Below are positions 59,854 to 64,000 of a stretch of 64,000 bases of DNA, in pieces. The translations under genes and the position numbers were made by a program. The stretch comes from Amphiscolops sp. MND2022. Lineage: Eukaryota. Within the stretch, counting starts at the first letter, position 1; every line of letters starts with the position of its first letter. The DNA is taken from assembly GCA_964187785.1 (NCBI GenBank), contig OZ076409.1:96970001-97034000 (forward strand), given 5' to 3'. Below the pieces are notes generated by a model. The model worked only from the letters and a program-made list of their open reading frames with translations. It had not been told where the DNA came from and made no database searches.

Positions 59854-60352
59854 TATCAAACTTAATCAAAACAGACATTTCCGGAACTCCTCTACTGGTT
59901 CTGGAGTTTCCATGATCTTCCTCGAATCTGGAGTATCTGGATTCTGGGCCATCTTGTCGCAAAACCTGCAATTTCTGGATGAGGTGGCACAATTCCGGGT
60001 TTTTCTGTATACTTCCGCGTTGGGACCTCGTCTTCTCTTCCTTTTTTGTATGAGGGGTCTTTTTCTTGTGTTTTTTTGTGCTCTTTCTGATTTCAACGAC
60101 CTGCTAGGTCGGCCATCTTGATTCGCACATTGTCTGGTCCTTGATCGAAAATTTGATCGAAATTTTGGGTGCTGATAGGTGGACGTTACATTTCATGAAT
60201 AAAAGTAAGAAGTTTTTTCAAGCATAAAAGTAATTTCGTGATGGGGGGAATAAGGAACATGGTCCAAAACAAAGTACTTCTTCGAGATGAAAGTCTATGT
60301 TCTAGTCAAGATTGCTTTGTTGATCATTATAGTCATCATTATATCTTGAGTT

Positions 60353-61137
60353 AACAAGCCGGGAACGGCCAAAGTCGTCGTCCAGCTGAAGGCACAAAAG
60401 TGTACCCGGGGGACGTGGTTTTAGTATCATTTGTTTAAAAAAGTCTTATAATACTTAAAAGATGAGCCTAAAGATTTACATTGAACGCAGATTATGTGGT
60501 ATTTCGTGAAAATCAATAACGCAATACAAGAAATAAAAATGCTATATCCGAATTTTGAAAACGTTACATCCGAATTTTGATAACGTTTTATCCGAATTTA
60601 AGTACGTTAGATGTTATATGAGAAACTTTTTACTTAGCTTTTTTACAGCTTTCGAAAAGGAACATTATATCTGGTATACGGTGAATCCGGAATTCGTTTT
60701 ATCCGCTTTGAGTGAAATCCGGTAAAGGTTGTGTTTGTGTTATTGTCGAAGTGGACTCTCAGAAAACCAGATTTATGAACAAACGTGTCGAATCTTTTTC
60801 TTTCCTTGAAAAATCTCATAGTGCCGAAAAACTAAAAAGGAGACCCTCTAGTTCGGCAAAACACTTTTTCAGGAAAGGTCGCAATTTACTTCGGCTATAA
60901 TGTCTTAAACTCGGACAGCGAGTTTTGAACCTCCGCATCCTCCTTAGTAGAACGCAATTTACTCTAATAACGTCAAGATTCGGACTTGGCGTGCTGGCTA
61001 GGCCAAATGGTCTTTACCGTATGAATATTATTTGCACTCCATCTGATGTAAAAGTGAACGGATCAGTCACAGCTACTGAAGAAAAAACAAAACACTGTCA
61101 ACAATCGTGCTTTTTCTCCGAAAACGCGAACTAAAAA
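60353..61137 (-). mobile_element. Diverged HINE-like element, inverted, with internal ~21-bp tandem repeats (60545-60610)
   Basis: AACAAGCCGGGAACGGCC is the reverse of the family 3' end; TTTTTCTCCGAAAACGCGAACTAAAAA is the reverse of the 5' end. Confidence 0.55.
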
Positions 61138-61494
61138 TATAGAGCGTGAGTTCGGATCTTAATTTAGTTCATTCAAAAAATGCATTATAATACCATATAA
61201 TATATTACGTCATAGTATACACACACTCCTAAACGGGGTGGCCCTAATTGTTTTGTTGGCGCTTCGTGAAGTGAAACGCGACTTTTATAGTGACTTTTTT
61301 TCAATCCACACGAGCTGGCCAAAATAGTTCTACAAGGTTCTACGATATTTTATGGTTTCAAATTGAACCATTTGTCCTAGAGAACTGAACCAAAAATGGT
61401 TTTCCTTTTTTTCGCGTAACATACAATACCGGTCGAGACTGTGCGCCAATTCGGTCCAACGTTTGGGTTTTTGGGTTACTGTAAAAACATTTTG

Positions 61495-61557
61495 AAGAAC
61501 TTTTGCTATTTTTGAGCCCTGGATATGGCGCCAACTTGGGCCGATCCCGGCTTGTTT
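61495..61557 (+). mobile_element. 3' end of another HINE-like copy (5' boundary not resolved)
   Basis: TGCTATTTTTGAGCCCTGGATATGGCGCCAACTTGGGCCGATCCCGGCTTGTT. Confidence 0.55.
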
Positions 61558-62002
61558 CTTGTTTTCTCACCTTGTACACCTTCTCAGGAATCCCCCCCCC
61601 AACACGAAAGCACATTTTGTTCTTCAATAAAAATCTTTCACTAATAAGAGAATATTAAATGAATGTATATACTTAGAGGGGTTGTCTCTACAACTGTTTG
61701 GACACTTCAGGTAAAAAAAGTTACAAAAATTTTTTGATAATATTGTCCAAAGTAGCAGAAATTCACGTTTTAAACAAGCTAAAATCGTATAAAAAGTCCC
61801 TTATTTCAGCGCAAATTTTGTCCGCTATAAAATCTAACGAGCAACGTTTAACTGACAGTCAATGTAATGGATAGGATTATGTCGACATCACTTATTTTAT
61901 AAGACCCAAATTTCAACGCAAATGATGTCGACATAATGGTATTTGAACCTTCTGTCTTTTCCCCACGCTGCAATTTGGGGGGGGAATAGATGACATGGTC
62001 CA

Positions 62003-62560
62003 TTTTTTAGTCGGCGCTTTTCGAAGAAAAACGCAGACTATAGTAGTGACTTCTTTTTTTTAAGACCAACGAACTGACAGATTTTATAAAGAGTTATAAA
62101 TAGCTGAGCTGACTTACAGTAACTGCACTAACAGTAACCGCAACGCTAGCTATCACTGCTGGCACTTGGCATAGAGGTTAATTAGGCTTTTTGAGGTCTG
62201 CCCAGCAGAAGGACGTGGGTTCGAGTCCCGTCCTTGATCAATTTTTTTGTGCAGTTTTTTCGGCTTTGTGAGACTTTTTTCGCAAATTTTTTTAATGTCT
62301 CCAAAGGATCCACCCTTCATTTTTTTTCTATTTGCATAAGAATGGATGTTCAAAACCTCCCAAAGGGCCCCTTTTACAATTTTTCGGCACTATGCGACTT
62401 ACCGGAGACCAAAAAATTTCGCAAAAATTGAAAAAAATTCGGATTTTTTAAAATTTTTCCTCACGCGGGTACTGTAGAAGAGAATACTTGACACTTTGAA
62501 GTCCTTTTGCTATTTTTGAGCCTTAGATATGGCGCCGACTTGGGCCGTTCCCGGTTTGTT
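62003..62560 (+). mobile_element. HINE-like element
   Basis: Same termini and subTIRs as 7557-8387, with a different interior. Confidence 0.7.
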
Positions 62561-62883
62561 TTAGAATATGACCGAATATTTGGTTTGAAGAATTTAATAA
62601 ATTATCCAAAAATTTAAACCACGTCAAGGTTCATAAAAAAGCAATTTTTAGTCAATATAAAAAAATTACGTAATAGATCATGAAATTTTCAGAACCAGAT
62701 TTATCAAATGATCAAAAAGTTGAAACAGGTCCAAGTAACCAACTTGTTGAAACCAAATTGAAAAATTATTTATAAATTATAACTGATGTCCACAGCTTAG
62801 CTTAAATGCAACTTTCTTGACATTTTTAGCAGCAAAAAACAGCGTTGTATTTTCGCGTTTTCCGCAATGAAGTAATTAAGTTT

Positions 62884-63289
62884 GGCTCTTTTCTGTTTCC
62901 CCACCACCAATTTTTTTTTGAAAAATTAGTGAAAATCGTATAACAAAAAGACTTGAACACAAACCAGAAAACTTTAAATTTACATTTATTCTTCGTGTGA
63001 CAGTTTAGGATTCAGATACAAACTTTGTTCACACTTTTTCAATATGTAGTCACGCATTTTTGATGAAAAAATCAACAGCTTCCTGTTTTGCGTCATCAAT
63101 AAACACTTAATACGAACATAATTATAGTCAAAAAGCGTGAACAATGTTTTGTTCAAGCAAAAAATTATTCCAATAAACGTTAACTTCCCATTTTGAAAGA
63201 AGGTTTTACTTTTAATTAGGCTAGTCTAATGTTTTAAAGGAAATTTACTTCCAAAAATTTTGGTGGTGGGGGGGGGACAGAAAAGAGCC
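62884..63289. mobile_element. 406-bp MITE with GGCTCTTTT TIRs and 8-bp TSD
   Basis: TSD TTAAGTTT on both sides; homologous to 43171-43576. Confidence 0.85.
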
Positions 63290-64000
63290 TTAAGTTTAAA
63301 CTATTTCTATTTTAGGAAATCCCCCGGTCTTAATTGGGCGTTTTGATCATTTTTTATTTGTTGATAATTAAAACGGGTGCTTTCAGCTATCTTTTGAGTT
63401 TATTTTTCCAAAAACAAAAATTTCTAGACTTCATTAACGTAATTTTCTGCATAACCACCACAAATTAGACTACAAACGACAACTTCCTGGAAATTCGATA
63501 GCCTTCGGTACAGAAAATGTTCACGGCAGAGAAGAGAATCGATTAGGACTTTAGGCACTCTATTTATAGATTTTTTTTCTCTTTTTTTAGAATCCGTGCA
63601 TTACTTTAAATTCAAGACAATCGGCTGCCATTCACAGATTTTCAAAAAAACACAAAGAGTTCAACAACGAATTTTTGCGAAGTTTAGTTTTAGGGGCTCT
63701 TTTGGCGTCAATTAGGGTCTCATAACCAGCCAGGGTTGGTAATTATAGTTTTTTTTTCACGAAAAATGTTTTAAACCGTTTTTACAGAATATAGTGCTTT
63801 TTTCTATTTTATTGTTTTTTTCCGCTTGGTAAAACTACCGTGGAAAACAATGTGTTATGCACAACGGCTTTCCATTCATTGTCAAACATTTCATTGTTGA
63901 AAAGTGTAACAAATGAAAATACAGCCCAGTGTAAAAACTCTTGGATTTCCTACCAAGATCTTGGATTTTCCTACAAAATCCTGCTACTTCTTGAATTTCT

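Larger units (their letters stand above)
45721..60190 (-). mobile_element. Solo LTR (~713 bp; pieces 45721-46093 and 59851-60190) split by element D
   Basis: TGTAAC..GTTACA ends; both halves homologous to 4873-5614. Confidence 0.7.

Overview
AT-rich eukaryotic (probably invertebrate metazoan) DNA made almost entirely of transposable elements; no host gene is recognisable. It contains five LTR retrotransposons. (A) A decayed BEL/Pao fragment at 1-~3060 (-). (B) A Gypsy element at 8957-22078 (-) with 1638-bp LTRs and TSD AAAAG. (C) An intact BEL/Pao at 23785-32138 (+) with identical 148-bp TG..TA LTRs and TSD GCGTT. (E) An intact BEL/Pao at 33716-43013 (-) with 378-bp LTRs and TSD GATAT. (D) A second, diverged member of the same Gypsy lineage at 46094-59845 (+) with 1573-bp LTRs and TSD ATCAA, nested in a solo LTR. 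Between them lie Helentron-type non-autonomous elements, MITEs, a tRNA-derived SINE and a perfect 76-bp palindrome. The main result is the architecture shared by Gypsy B and D. Between pol and the 3' LTR each carries an intact antisense, spliced (3-4 GT-AG coding introns) gene of ~1200 aa that looks like a catalytically degenerate hAT-transposase derivative. Divergent from it is a ~278-aa sense ORF with a SUMO-interacting-like motif that reads through the PPT into the LTR. Gag starts ~185 codons inside the LTR, and the LTR promoter has three conserved MEF2-consensus sites. Both copies have lost different parts of gag/pol but keep the cargo genes open. BEL element E has an extra SGNH-like ORF upstream of gag. 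All domain calls were made by eye from motifs, without database searches.
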